A DNA stretch of 64,000 nucleotides from Anthoceros angustus (lineage: Eukaryota; Plantae; Anthocerotophyta), in assembly GCA_010909165.1 (NCBI GenBank), contig MU008162.1, positions 992,001 through 1,056,000 of the forward strand, written 5' to 3'. Made by a program: the position numbers and the translations under genes. The first letter of the stretch is position 1. Every line of letters begins with the position of its first letter. Positions 24,201 to 35,988 of the stretch are shown one piece after another. Under the pieces are notes generated by a model. It ran no database searches. It saw nothing but the letters and a program-made list of their open reading frames with translations, and was not told the DNA's origin.

Positions 24201-26289
24201 ATGTAAGCAACCCCTCGGGGATAAGGGTCAAATGGCTAGAGGCAATCGAACGCTGCGGATAGCAAGAAGTGAAAAGCAAGCAGACACTATGGCGACGGAA
24301 AACAAATGAGAGACTTCTACGGAAAACAAGGAAAAGAAAATCACGAAGTCCTAGGTTAGAAGAATAGGCTTCATCCATGGCTTTCCGTGAGCTGTGAATT
24401 TAGGATTGTCGACACTAATCGGTGGCTTGTGCCACAAGGCACAACTAGGCGATGAGGGCAGCACATCGAAAGTCGCAAACTTAAAATTGTCGAGCTTGAA
24501 GATCGGAGACTTAAGTCCCCACTCCTGCTCCTGGCGACAACCATCGCCGGAAAACCCTTCCCCATCCACACAGTTTCTCGGAAGTGGAAGTGCTGGGCTC
24601 CTCACGCTACTGCAGCTGAAGCCCATTTCCGCTCTTCGGTCTTCGTCCTCTGTATCCATCACCCAATAACTTGGGCTTGGCCTTGGCATGGGATTATTGC
24701 GGGCTTTAACACGTTTTCGAGTATCTACTTACTAGTCCCCCTTCAACCAGAGTTTGGGGGCTCGAGTTTGGTTGCACCTCAGGCCCTACATCAGGTGGCC
24801 TCAAGCTCCTAGATCTGCTTCTCTTCCGCTTGTTCGAACAAGCGACTGCACGTCGCACAGTGCGCGAAGGGCTGCGTCGGACGCCAAATGGTATGAGCTT
24901 ACGCTGGTAGGACGGACTCGTTGTGCGATGGATCTGTCTAGCCCGATCTCTATTCTTGCGGAAGTGGCCTGTGAGTCTGCTCAAAAGTGCAAGTCTTTGA
25001 GGTTATCTCGTTCTCATCTCCTTTGCGGAATCTGTTAAAGATCCAGGCCAAAGAAACATGATCAGCTCCTCCTGCCCCAGTTGTCCATATAGAACAAGTG
25101 CCTCCGAGCCCTTGCGCGGCATACCGGCATTCCATGTCACCACATTCTGTGTTCATGCTCTCAAAAGTTTGCCGTGCATGTTTCACCACATTTTGCATTC
25201 CCAGATATCAGGGCATTCCATGTCACCACATCCTTCGTGGCCATGCTGTCAAAAGCCTGTTCCGCAACTGCAGTTTGCCAAAATTCGCATACATGTCCAC
25301 CACGCAGGTGCCAACAAACAAGTCTAGAGGAATGTACTTTTCTGCCAGATTCCAAGCCAGCGGAAAATGCACAAGCGTGAAGGGCAGCTACGAAGACGTG
25401 AGCATCTGCCTTCCTCTTCACCTACACATCTCATGGTACAGATGTATGGCCTCCCGTGCTTAGCATCAACCCAAGCTGGTCAGACAGGTTGTTTAACCAC
25501 AGGATCTCGCCGTAACCCTTCCGCCGGAAGTAAGGCAAACGGGAGCTCTTCTCATCTCGTCTGTTGTCCACCACATGGTAGGGTCCAGAGCAAACTAGTC
25601 CCCACTCCTGCTCCTGGCGACAACCATCGCCGGAAAACCCTTCCCCATCCACACAGTTTCTCGAAGTGGAAGTGCTGGGCTCCTCACGCTACTGCAGCTG
25701 AAGCCCATTTCCGCTCTTCGGTCTTCGTCCTCTGTATCCATCACCCAATAACTTGGGCTTGGCCTTGCATGGGATTATTGCGGGCTTTAACACGTTTTCG
25801 AGTATCTACTTACTAGTCCCCCTTCAACCAGAGTTTGGGGGCTCGAGTTTGGTTGCACCTCAGGCCCTACATCAGGTGGCCTCAAGCTCCTAGAGCCTTA
25901 AATGCATTGAGTTATGCAAGCAAATTGCGAGCAAATATACACCTCTAATACCCATCATAATAAAATCAATTGCTCTAAGTGATTTTATTATGATTATAAA
26001 GCATTATTTATCTGTTTTAAATTTTACTTTTACATTAATCCAAACTATTTTACCACAATCTATATAGTTTTCATATTTCAGTCCCATGACGAAAATCCAT
26101 CCTTAGTGGACTTAAATAAAATTCTTCTTCTTCTTCTCATATCATTTTATGGGCGGTATGTTTTTCCATCCCAGGGCCTCATGATATTTCCCACCATGGA
26201 TGGCCACGGCGGGGACTTTGCCGGTCCCCGTTTCACATAACCGGTACATTTATTTTTATTGTACCCTTTAGGTGTATATAATGGTCTCT

Positions 26290-27551
26290 CCTGGCCAAAG
26301 GCACATCACTATGTTACTCAGCAGTCCTCCTCTCTGAAAGTGCAGATGCCTGCCCTCCTGTAAGGAAGCAGAGCTTGCACAGGCCTTTAGGAGGCAAGCA
26401 CAAGTAACAGGGTGAGCGAGAATCAGGCCCTCCTGCTCCATTTGTCAATTCAGAACAAGCACCTCTTGGCCGAGCTGAGGCCTTCTTGCTCCATTGGTCC
26501 ATACACGACAAGCGCCCCCTGGCTGAATCCTTGCTCTGGATACCCAGCAATCAGGCCGTCCCATGACACCACATTCTTCATGTTCAAGCTGTCAAAAACC
26601 TGGCGTGCATGTTTCAGCTCACCACATTTTGCATACCCAGCGATCAGGGCATTCCACGTCACCACATCCTTTACGGCTAAGTTGTCAAAAACCCGCCGAG
26701 CATCTTTCAGCTCACCACATTTAGCATAGATGACCACCTGTATGTCATCCAGCAGTCAGTTAGTGCAGCTGCCTGCTCTTCTGTAAGGCACCAGTGCTTA
26801 CAAAGCCTTAAAGATCCAGGCCAAAGAAACATGATCAGCTCCTCCTGCCCCAGTTGTCCATATAGAACAAGTGCCTCACTCCGAGCCCTTGCGCGGCATA
26901 CCGGCATTCCATGTCACCACATTCTGTGTTCATGCTCTCAAAAGTTTGCCGTGCATGTTTCACCACATTTTGCATTCCCAGATATCAGGGCATTCCATGT
27001 CACCACATCCTTCGTGGCCATGCTGTCAAAAGCCTGTTCCGCAACTGCAGTTTGCCAAAATTCGCATACATGTCCACCACGCAGGTGCCAACAAACAAGT
27101 CTAGAGGAATGTACTTTTCTGCCAGATTCCAAGCCAGCGGAAAATGCACAAGCGTGAAGGGCAGCTACGAAGACGTGAGCATCTGCCTTCCCTCTTCACC
27201 TACACATCTCATGGTACAGATGTATGGCCTCCCGTGCTTAGCATCAACCCAAGCTGGCTCAGACAGGTTGTTTAACCACAGGATCTCGCCGTAACCCTTC
27301 CGCCGGAAGTAAGGCAAACGGGAGCTCTTCTCATCTCGTCTGTTGTCCACCACATGGTAGGGTCCAGAGCAAACTAGTCCCCACTCCTGCTCCTGGCGAC
27401 AACCATCGCCGGAAAACCCTTCCCCATCCACACAGTTTCTCGGAAGTGGAAGTGCTGGGCTCCTCACGCTACTGCAGCTGAAGCCCATTTCCGCTCTTCG
27501 GTCTTCGTCCTCTGTATCCATCACCCAATAACTTGGGCTTGGCCTTGGCAT
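26290..27551 (-). pseudogene. Degenerate PLS-class PPR gene with a remnant N-terminal PDF motif; most complete copy (fragments also at ~23.36-23.89, 24.52-24.70, 25.04-25.78, 29.81-30.27, 31.16-31.69 kb)
   Basis: YAKCGELKDARRVFDNLAVKDVVTWNALIAGY and KNVVSWDGLIAGY motifs, with frameshifts and missing repeats. [15 protein letters not shown] near the 5' end. Confidence 0.85.
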
Positions 27552-27757
27552 GGGATTATTGCGGGCTTTAACACGTTTTCGAGTATCTACTTACTAGTCC
27601 CCGCTTCAACCAGAGTTTGGGGGCTCGAGTTTGGTTGCACCTCAGGCCCTACATCAGGTGGCCTCAAGCTCCTAGATCTGCTTCTCTTCCGCTTGTTCGA
27701 ACAAGCGACTTGTGCTGCACGTCGCACAGTGCGCGAAGGGCTGCGTCGGACGCCAAA

Positions 27758-28898
27758 ATGGTATGAGCTTACGCTGGTAGGACGGACTCGTTGTGCGATG
27801 GATCTGTCTAGCCCGATCTCTATTCTTGCGGAAGTGGCCTGTGAGTCTGTCGCTGGCTACGACCTGGGGAAGGGGAACGTTCAGTGTTGTTTAGGTCTTA
27901 GCTGGCTGGATTCGGGTTGATGGACTGGCAGCTGCGGGAGCATCGAGTTGGCTGGTCCACGCCGCGATGCTCGATGCTCTTGCAGCTCTCTGCCGATTTT
28001 GCTATCGCATTGGGCCGAGTCTGATGGTTCTCTTGCTGTGTTGTTGTGAAACGCGTCTTCGGGGGCCAGCCGCTTCGGCTTGAGATTAAGGTACACTCAC
28101 TCAATCGTGGAATTGACACTCCCTGAGACGTGCCAATTTTGTTGCTTTGCACCTCGAATCAAGCGTCTGAAGTATGGTTGCTGGTAAAACAGAGGAAGCT
28201 TGCGCAAAGGTCTGATCGAGTGAAATGTGTAGATCTACATCCGACAGAGCCATGGTGAGCACGGGCGTTCGAGGTTGGCTTCCATGCAATTCTTCGACAC
28301 AGCGGTGTGATCACACTGACTTTGGATGTTCGTTTTGGCAGGATTCTTGCCACGCTGTACACTGGCAGTGTGTACATTTGGAACTACCAGTCTCAGGTGC
28401 TGATTTCATGGTGTAGGTGAAGGTTTGTACTTTCGTTTGTGCGTGTCTTAGGTGCTCAGCGCAATGTGTGATGTTGTTGTCACAGACCTTGGCCAAGTCT
28501 TTCGAGGTCTGCGAACTTCCAGGTAAGCTTCAGATGCATTGCTAGCAACCTTGTCCAACTTGGTCTTGTGGGTCGAGGACCCTCCTGAGCCTTGTACTGT
28601 CCATATCGTTCATGTTGCGTACATAATTTTTGATTTTTGTGCTGTGGATTGAAACAGTGCGATCTGCGAAGTTCATCTCCGGAAGCAGTGGATCGTGGCG
28701 GGGCTGATGATATGTTCATCAGAGTGTATAATTACAACACGATGGACAAAGTTAAGGCTTTTGAAGCACATACAGACTATATCAGATGTGTGGCTGTGCA
28801 TCCTACTCTGCCATATGTGCTCTCTTCTTCAGATGATATGCTCATCAAGCTCTGGGATTGGGACAAAGGCTGGGCGTGCACTCAAATCTTTGAGGGTC
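27758..28898 (+). CDS. COPB2: Coatomer subunit beta' 5' part (ATG-only exon 27758-27760; exons 28070-28090, 28193-28254, 28342-28396, 28486-28522, then 28658 onward), truncated by a mosaic junction
   Basis: Spliced reading [60 protein letters not shown], the canonical beta'-COP N-terminus, with GT-AG sites. Confidence 0.92.
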
Positions 28899-29297
28899 TA
28901 AGCCCTTAGAATCGTCATAGCCCTCGTTAACCATAGTTTACGGGCTAAGCCGAGCCCGCTTCAAACCCCACGCGGGCCTAGTTTTTTTATCAATAACCCA
29001 TGGGTTAGGACCTTCTTTAGGATGAAAGCATTGCTCAAGGTTGAGGAGTTCCAAATGCCTGGCCTCCTACTTTTGTGATCAATATGTTTGGTTACAAAGT
29101 TTGCATATAACAATTACAAAGTTTAAATATAGAATTGGAGCGTGGCTTTCCAATGGTCGGTAGAAATGGCTATGTCGACCTCTCGGAAACATGGTCGGTT
29201 TAATTTGCGCGCCGGTCGGTGACACAGATGGCTAAGCATAAATATCATAAAACATGGCATATCATAGCCAGAAGAAGTTAAGAGCACGTGTTGTAGG

Positions 29298-32200
29298 TCA
29301 AGTGGCCTTCGTTTTATGTAGGTGTGGGATTACCAGACGAAAAGCTGTGTCCAGACTCTTGAGGGCCATACACACAATGTCTCAGCTGTTTGCTTCCATC
29401 CAGAGCTGCCAATTATCATTACAGGATCTGAAGATGGCACTGTTCGGATTTGGCATGCAACCACGTATAGGTCAGCCATGTGTTTTGCTTGGAAGAGGGT
29501 GGTCATTCTTATGTTTGCAGTCTGTTCATCTCATGTGTTTGTTGGCAGACTAGAGAACACCTTAAATTATGGTCTGGAGCGTTTGGGCTATTGGTTATCT
29601 GAAGGGTTCAAACAGGTGAGCACGCTGGAGCATGTGGTTTGTTTGTTTGTGGTTGGTTCCATTTCACGCTTGCTCCTTGTTTTTGCAGTCAGAGTTCCAC
29701 CTGACTTGGCATGTGCTATTGGCAGAGTTGCTGTTGGCTATGATGAGGGTACAATCATGGTGAAACTCGGTAGGGAAGAGCCTGTTGCCAGCATGGATGG
29801 AGGAGGCAAGCACAAGTAACAGGTGAGCGAGAATCAGGCCCTCCTGCTCCATTTGTCAATTCAGAACAAGCACCTCTTGGCCGAGCTGAGGCCTTCTTGC
29901 TCCATTGGTCCATACACGACAAGCGCCCCTGGCTGAATCCTTGCTCTGGATACCCAGCAATCAGGCCGTCCCATGACACCACATTCTTCATGTTCAAGCT
30001 GTCAAAACCTGGCGTGCATGTTTCAGCTCACCACATTTTGCATACCCAGCGATCAGGGCATTCCACGTCACCACATCCTTTACGGCTAAGTTGTCAAAAC
30101 CCGCCGAGCATCTTTCAGCTCACCACATTTAGCATAGATGACCACCTGTATGTCATCCAGCAGTCAGTTAGTGCAGCTGCCTGCTCTTCTGTAAGGCACC
30201 AGTGCTACAAAGCCTTAAAGATCCAGGCCAAAGAAACATGATCAGCTCCTCCTGCCCCAGTTGTCCATATCGTTCATGTTGCGTACATAATTTTTGATTT
30301 TTGTGCTGTGGATTGAAACAGTGCGATCTGCGGTTCATCTCCGGAAGCAGTGGATCGTGGCGGGGCTGATGATATGTTCATCAGAGTGTATAATTACAAC
30401 ACGATGGACAAAGTTAAGGCTTTTGAAGCACATACAGACTATATCAGATGTGGCTGTGCATCCTACTCTGCCATATGTGCTCTCTTCTTCAGATGATATG
30501 CTCATCAAGCTCTGGGATTGGGACAAAGGCTGGGCGTGCACTCAAATCTTTGAGGGTCACTCACATTATGTCATGTTGCCTTTAACCCAAAGGACACCAA
30601 CACTTTTGCCAGTGCATCTCTGGACAGGACTATTAAGGTAGATCTGTGATGTTTCCATACGTTGGTTTGGGAAGCGTCCTTGGTCCCTCCTCAGCCTTGT
30701 TCATCACAACACTTCATCTCTTTTCAGATCTGGAATTTGGGATCCCTCAACCTAATTTCACCCTGGAGGCACATGCAAAGGTGTGAACTGTGTCGACATT
30801 ACTTCACGGGTGGCGACAGGCCATATTTGATCACCGGCTCAGACGACCAGACAGCAAAGGTTTGTGCATGTTGAATAGCCGGGAATGCAGCTGTCTTATG
30901 ATTATGAGGCCCTCTGGTCGAATTCAAGTGGCCTTCGTTTTATGTAGGTGTGGGATTACCAGACGAAAAGCTGTGTCCAGACTCTTGAGGGCCATACACA
31001 CAATGTCTCAGCTGTTTGCTTCCATCCAGAGCTGCCAATTATCATTACAGGATCTGAAGATGGCACTGTTCGGATTTGGCATGCAACCACGTATAGGTCA
31101 GCCATGTGTTTTGCTTGGAAGAGGGTGGTCATTCTTATGTTTGCAGTCTGTTCATCTCATGGTACAGATGTATGGCCTCCCGTGCTTAGCATCAACCCAA
31201 GCTGGCTCAGACGACCAGACAGCAAAGGTTTGTGCATGTTGAATAGCCGGGAATGCAGCTGTCTTATGATTATGAGGCCCTCTGGTCGAATTCAAGTGGC
31301 CTTCGTTTTATGTAGGTGTGGGATTACCAGACGAAAAGCTGTGTCCAGACTCTTGAGGGCCATACACACAATGTCTCAGCTGTTTGCTTCCATCCAGAGC
31401 TGCCAATTATCATTACAGGATCTCGCCGTAACCCTTCCGCCGGAAGTAAGGCAAACGGGAGCTCTTCTCATCTCGTCTGTTGTCCACCACATGGTAGGGT
31501 CCAGAGCAAACTAGTCCCCACTCCTGCTCCTGGCGACAACCATCGCCGGAAAACCCTTCCCCATCCACACAGTTTCTCGGAAGTGGAAGTGCTGGGCTCC
31601 TCACGCTACTGCAGCTGAAGCCCATTTCCGCTCTTCGGTCTTCGTCCTCTGTATCCATCACCCAATAACTTGGGCTTGGCCTTGGCATGGGATTATTGCG
31701 GGCTTTAACACGTTTTCGAGTATCTACTTACTAGTCCCCGCTTCAACCAGAGTTTGGGGGCTCGAGTTTGGTTGCACCTCAGGCCCTACATCAGGTGGCC
31801 TCAAGCTCCTAGATCTGCTTCTCTTCCGCTTGTTCGAACAAGCGACTTGTGCTGCACGTCGCACAGTGCGCGAAGGGCTGCGTCGGACGCCAAAATGGTA
31901 TGAGCTTACGCTGGTAGGACGGACTCGTTGTGCGATGGATCTGTCTAGCCCGATCTCTATTCTTGCGGAAGTGGCCTTCGTTTTATGTAGGTGTGGGATT
32001 ACCAGACGAAAAGCTGTGTCCAGACTCTTGAGGGCCATACACACAATGTCTCAGCTGTTTGCTTCCATCCAGAGCTGCCAATTATCATTACAGGATCTGA
32101 AGATGGCACTGTTCGGATTTGGCATGCAACCACGTATAGGTCAGCCATGTGTTTTGCTTGGAAGAGGGTGGTCATTCTTATGTTTGCAGTCTGTTCATCT

Positions 32201-35200
32201 CATGTGTTTGTTGGCAGACTAGAGAACACCTTAAATTATGGTCTGGAGCGTTTGGGCTATTGGTTATCTGAAGGGTTCAAACAGGTGAGCACGCTGGAGC
32301 ATGTGGTTTGTTTGTTTGTGGTTGGTTCCATTTCACGCTTGCTCCTTGTTTTGCAGTCAGAGTTCCACCTGACTTGGCATGTGCTATTGGCAGAGTTGCT
32401 GTTGGCTATGATGAGGGTACAATCATGGTGAAACTCGGTAGGGAAGAGCCTGTTGCCAGCATGGATGGAGGAGGCAAGATCATATGGGCTAAGCTGGCAA
32501 ATTCAGACTGTCAACATCAAAGCAGTGGGAGCCGATTTTGCTATCGCATTGGGCCGAGTCTGATGGTTCTCTTGCTGTGTTGTTGTGAAACGCGTCTTCG
32601 GGGCCAGCCGCTTCGGCTTGAGATTAAGGTAGATCTGTGATGTTTCCATACGTTGGTTTGGGAAGCGTCCTTGGTCCCTCCTCAGCCTTGTTCATCACAA
32701 CACTTCATCTCTTTTCAGATCTGGAATTTGGGATCCCCGAACCTAATTTCACCCTGGAGGCACATGCAAAGGTGTGAACTGTGTCGACATTACTTCACGG
32801 GTGGCGACAGGCCATATTTGATCACCGGCTCAGACGACCAGACAGCAAAGGTTTGTGCATGTTGAATAGCCGGGAATGCAGCTGTCTTATGATTATGAGG
32901 CCCTCTGGTCGAATTCAAGTGGCCTTCGTTTTATGTAGGTGTGGGATTACCAGACGAAAAGCTGTGTCCAGACTCTTGAGGGCCATACACACAATGTCTC
33001 AGCTGTTTGCTTCCATCCAGAGCTGCCAATTATCATTACAGGATCTGAAGATGGCACTGTTCGGATTTGGCATGCAACCACGTATAGGTCAGCCATGTGT
33101 TTTGCTTGGAAGAGGGTGGTCATTCTTATGTTTGCAGTCTGTTCATCTCATGTGTTTGTTGGCAGACTAGAGAACACCTTAAATTATGGTCTGGAGCGTT
33201 TGGGCTATTGGTTATCTGAAGGGTTCAAACAGGTGAGCACGCTGGAGCATGTGGTTTGTTTGTTTGTGGTTGGTTCCATTTCACGCTTGCTCCTTGTTTT
33301 TGCAGTCAGAGTTCCACCTGACTTGGCATGTGCTATTGGCAGAGTTGCTGTTGGCTATGATGAGGGTACAATCATGGTGAAACTCGGTAGGGAAGAGCCT
33401 GTTGCCAGCATGGATGGAGGAGGCAAGATCATATGGGCTAAGCAGAAATTCAGACTGTCAACATCAAAGCAGTGGGAGCCGATTTTGAGGTTCCAACTGC
33501 TGCCTTAATGTGTCTCACGGCATTCTCAATTGTGGAGTCGGGAGGCCATGTTTCAATATCGTCCTGGCTCATGCAGGTCACAGATGGTGAGCACGCTGGA
33601 GCATGTGGTTTGTTTGTTTGTGGTTGGTTCCATTTCACGCTTGCTCCTTGTTTTGCAGTCAGAGTTCCACCTGACTTGGCATGTGCTATTGGCAGAGTTG
33701 CTGTTGGCTATGATGAGGGTACAATCATGGTGAAACTCGGTAGGGAAGAGCCTGTTGCCAGCATGGATGGAGGAGGCAAGATCATATGGGCTAAGCTGGC
33801 AAATTCAGACTGTCAACATCAAAGCAGTGGGAGCCGATTTTGAGGTTCCAACTGCTGCCTTAATGTGTGTCTCACGGCATTCTCAATTGTGGAGTCGGGA
33901 GGCCATGTTTCAATATCGTCCTGGCTCATGCAGGTCACAGATGGTGAGCGTCTGCCCCTGGCAGTGAAGGAGCTTGGGAGCTGTGATTTGTATCCCCAAG
34001 TAAGCGTTGTATTTCTCATGGAAATCAACTGAAATATGTCTAGGTTTGTTTGTTTCTCCTCATGCTTGTCACTTCTAGATCTGACACCATGTTCACCTGT
34101 TCTTTTCAGAGTTTGAAGCATAACCCCAATGGTAGATTTGTTGTGGTTTGTGGGGATGGAGAATACATCATTTACACTGCATTGGCCTGGAGAAATCGCT
34201 CGTTTGGGTCAGCGCTTGAGTTTGCATGGTCAAGTGAGGGTGAATATGCAGCCCGTGAGAGTACTTCCAAGATAAAGATTTTAGCAAGTCTTTTCAGGTA
34301 GGCTGGGAAGATGTACACTTTTTAATAGTACACTTTTTAACAACCCTCTTCACGGAGGTTAGTCAACAGGCCCCTGCTACTCTGTTGATTGTTCTCATTG
34401 TCTTGGTATTGATTTGCAGGAGAGGAAAGGCATCCGACCTACGTTTTCCGGAGGCATATATGGCGGTTCCTTGTTGGCAGTGCGATCTAATGAGTTTGTT
34501 TGCTTCTATGACTGGGCCGAGTGCAGATTAGTGCGGAGGATTGATGTCATAGTGAAGGTATTTAAAGACATTTTCCTGACTTCTGTAAGGTTGAATTGAA
34601 GCTTTGTCAGGAGGAGAGCTTTTGACTTTCATGGTGTAGGTGAAGGTTTGTACTTTCGTTTGTGCGTGTCTTAGGTGCTCAGCGCAATGTGTGATGTTTC
34701 CATACGTTGGTTTGGGAAGCGTCCTTGGTCCCTCCTCAGCCTTGTTCATCACAACACTTCATCTCTTTTCAGATCTGGAATTTGGGATCCCTAATTTCAC
34801 CCTGGAGGCACATGCAAAGGTGTGAACTGTGTCGACATTACTTCACGGGTGGCGACAGGCCATATTTGATCACCGGCTCAGACGACCAGACAGCAAAGGT
34901 TTGTGCATGTTGAATAGCCGGGAATGCAGCTGTCTTATGATTATGAGGCCCTCTGGTCGAATTCAAGTGGCCTTCGTTTTATGTAGGTGTGGGATTACCA
35001 GACGAAAAGCTGTGTCCAGACTCTTGAGGGCCATACACACAATGTCTCAGCTGTTTGCTTCCATCCAGAGCTGCCAATTATCATTACAGGATCTGAAGAT
35101 GGCACTGTTCGGATTTGGCATGCAACCACGTATAGGTCAGCCATGTGTTTTGCTTGGAAGAGGGTGGTCATTCTTATGTTTGCAGTCTGTTCATCTCATG

Positions 35201-35988
35201 TGTTTGTTGGCAGACTAGAGAACACCTTAAATTATGGTCTGGAGCGTTTGGGCTATTGGTTATCTGAAGGGTTCAAACAGGTGAGCACGCTGGAGCATGT
35301 GGTTTGTTTGTTTGTGGTTGGTTCCATTTCACGCTTGCTCCTTGTTTTGCAGTCAGAGTTCCACCTGACTTGGCATGTGCTATTGGCAGAGTTGCTGTTG
35401 GCTATGATGAGGGTACAATCATGGTGAAACTCGGTAGGGAAGAGCCTGTTGCCAGCATGGATGGAGGAGGCAAGATCATATGGGCTAAGCTGGCAAATTC
35501 AGACTGTCAACATCAAAGCAGTGGGAGCCGATTTTGAGGTTCCAACTGCTGCCTTAATGTGTGTCTCACGGCATTCTCAATTGTGGAGTCGGGAGGCCAT
35601 GTTTCAATATCGTCCTGGCTCATGCAGGTCACAGATGGTGAGCGTCTGCCCCTGGCAGTGAAGGAGCTTGGGAGCTGTGATTTGTATCCCCAAGTAAGCG
35701 TTGTATTTCTCATGGAAATCAACTGAAATATGTCTAGGTTTGTTTGTTTCTCCTCATGCTTGTCACTTCTAGATCTGACACCATGTTCACCTGTTCTTTT
35801 CAGAGTTTGAAGCATATAACCCCAATGGTAGATTTGTTGTGGTTTGTGGGGATGGAGAATACATCATTTACACTGCATTGGCCTGGAGAAATCGCCGTTT
35901 GGGTCAGCGCTTGAGTTTGCATGGTCAAGTGAGGGTGAATATGCAGCCCGTGAGAGTACTTCCAAGATAAAGATTTTAGCAAGTCTTT
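29298..35988 (+). pseudogene. Five partial internal COPB2 copies (about 29298-29810, 30262-31161, 31969-32540, 32623-34638, 34690-35988), introns retained, indel-rich
   Basis: Repeated [43 protein letters not shown] exon with its flanking introns. Confidence 0.9.

Larger units (their letters stand above)
19375..35988. repeat. Mosaic of same-orientation copies of neighbouring segments (COBL exon 1/intron/leader, copia remnant, intergenic DNA, PPR pseudogene, COPB2) joined at mostly 9-bp exact overlaps
   Basis: 29 junctions were traced to both parents, e.g. CAACCTACTAAA 19415, TTAGCATAA 20817, GATAATTCC 21241, TTAAAGATC 23889 and 25035, TTGAGGGTC 28890, ACAGGATCT 31415, CAAGTCTTT 35980. Confidence 0.93.

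Noticed and set aside
29298-35988. Array of alternative (mutually exclusive) COPB2 exons
   Set aside because: The copies include whole introns, break mid-exon, carry frameshifts and are interleaved with unrelated segments at 9-bp overlaps.
19375-35988. Helitron or Pack-MULE gene-fragment capture
   Set aside because: No terminal inverted repeats, CTRR/hairpin end or TSD seen. All donors are immediate neighbours and the junctions are exact k-mer overlaps.
19375-35988. MDA (phi29) chimeras
   Set aside because: MDA chimeras are mostly inverted; every traced segment here is in direct orientation.
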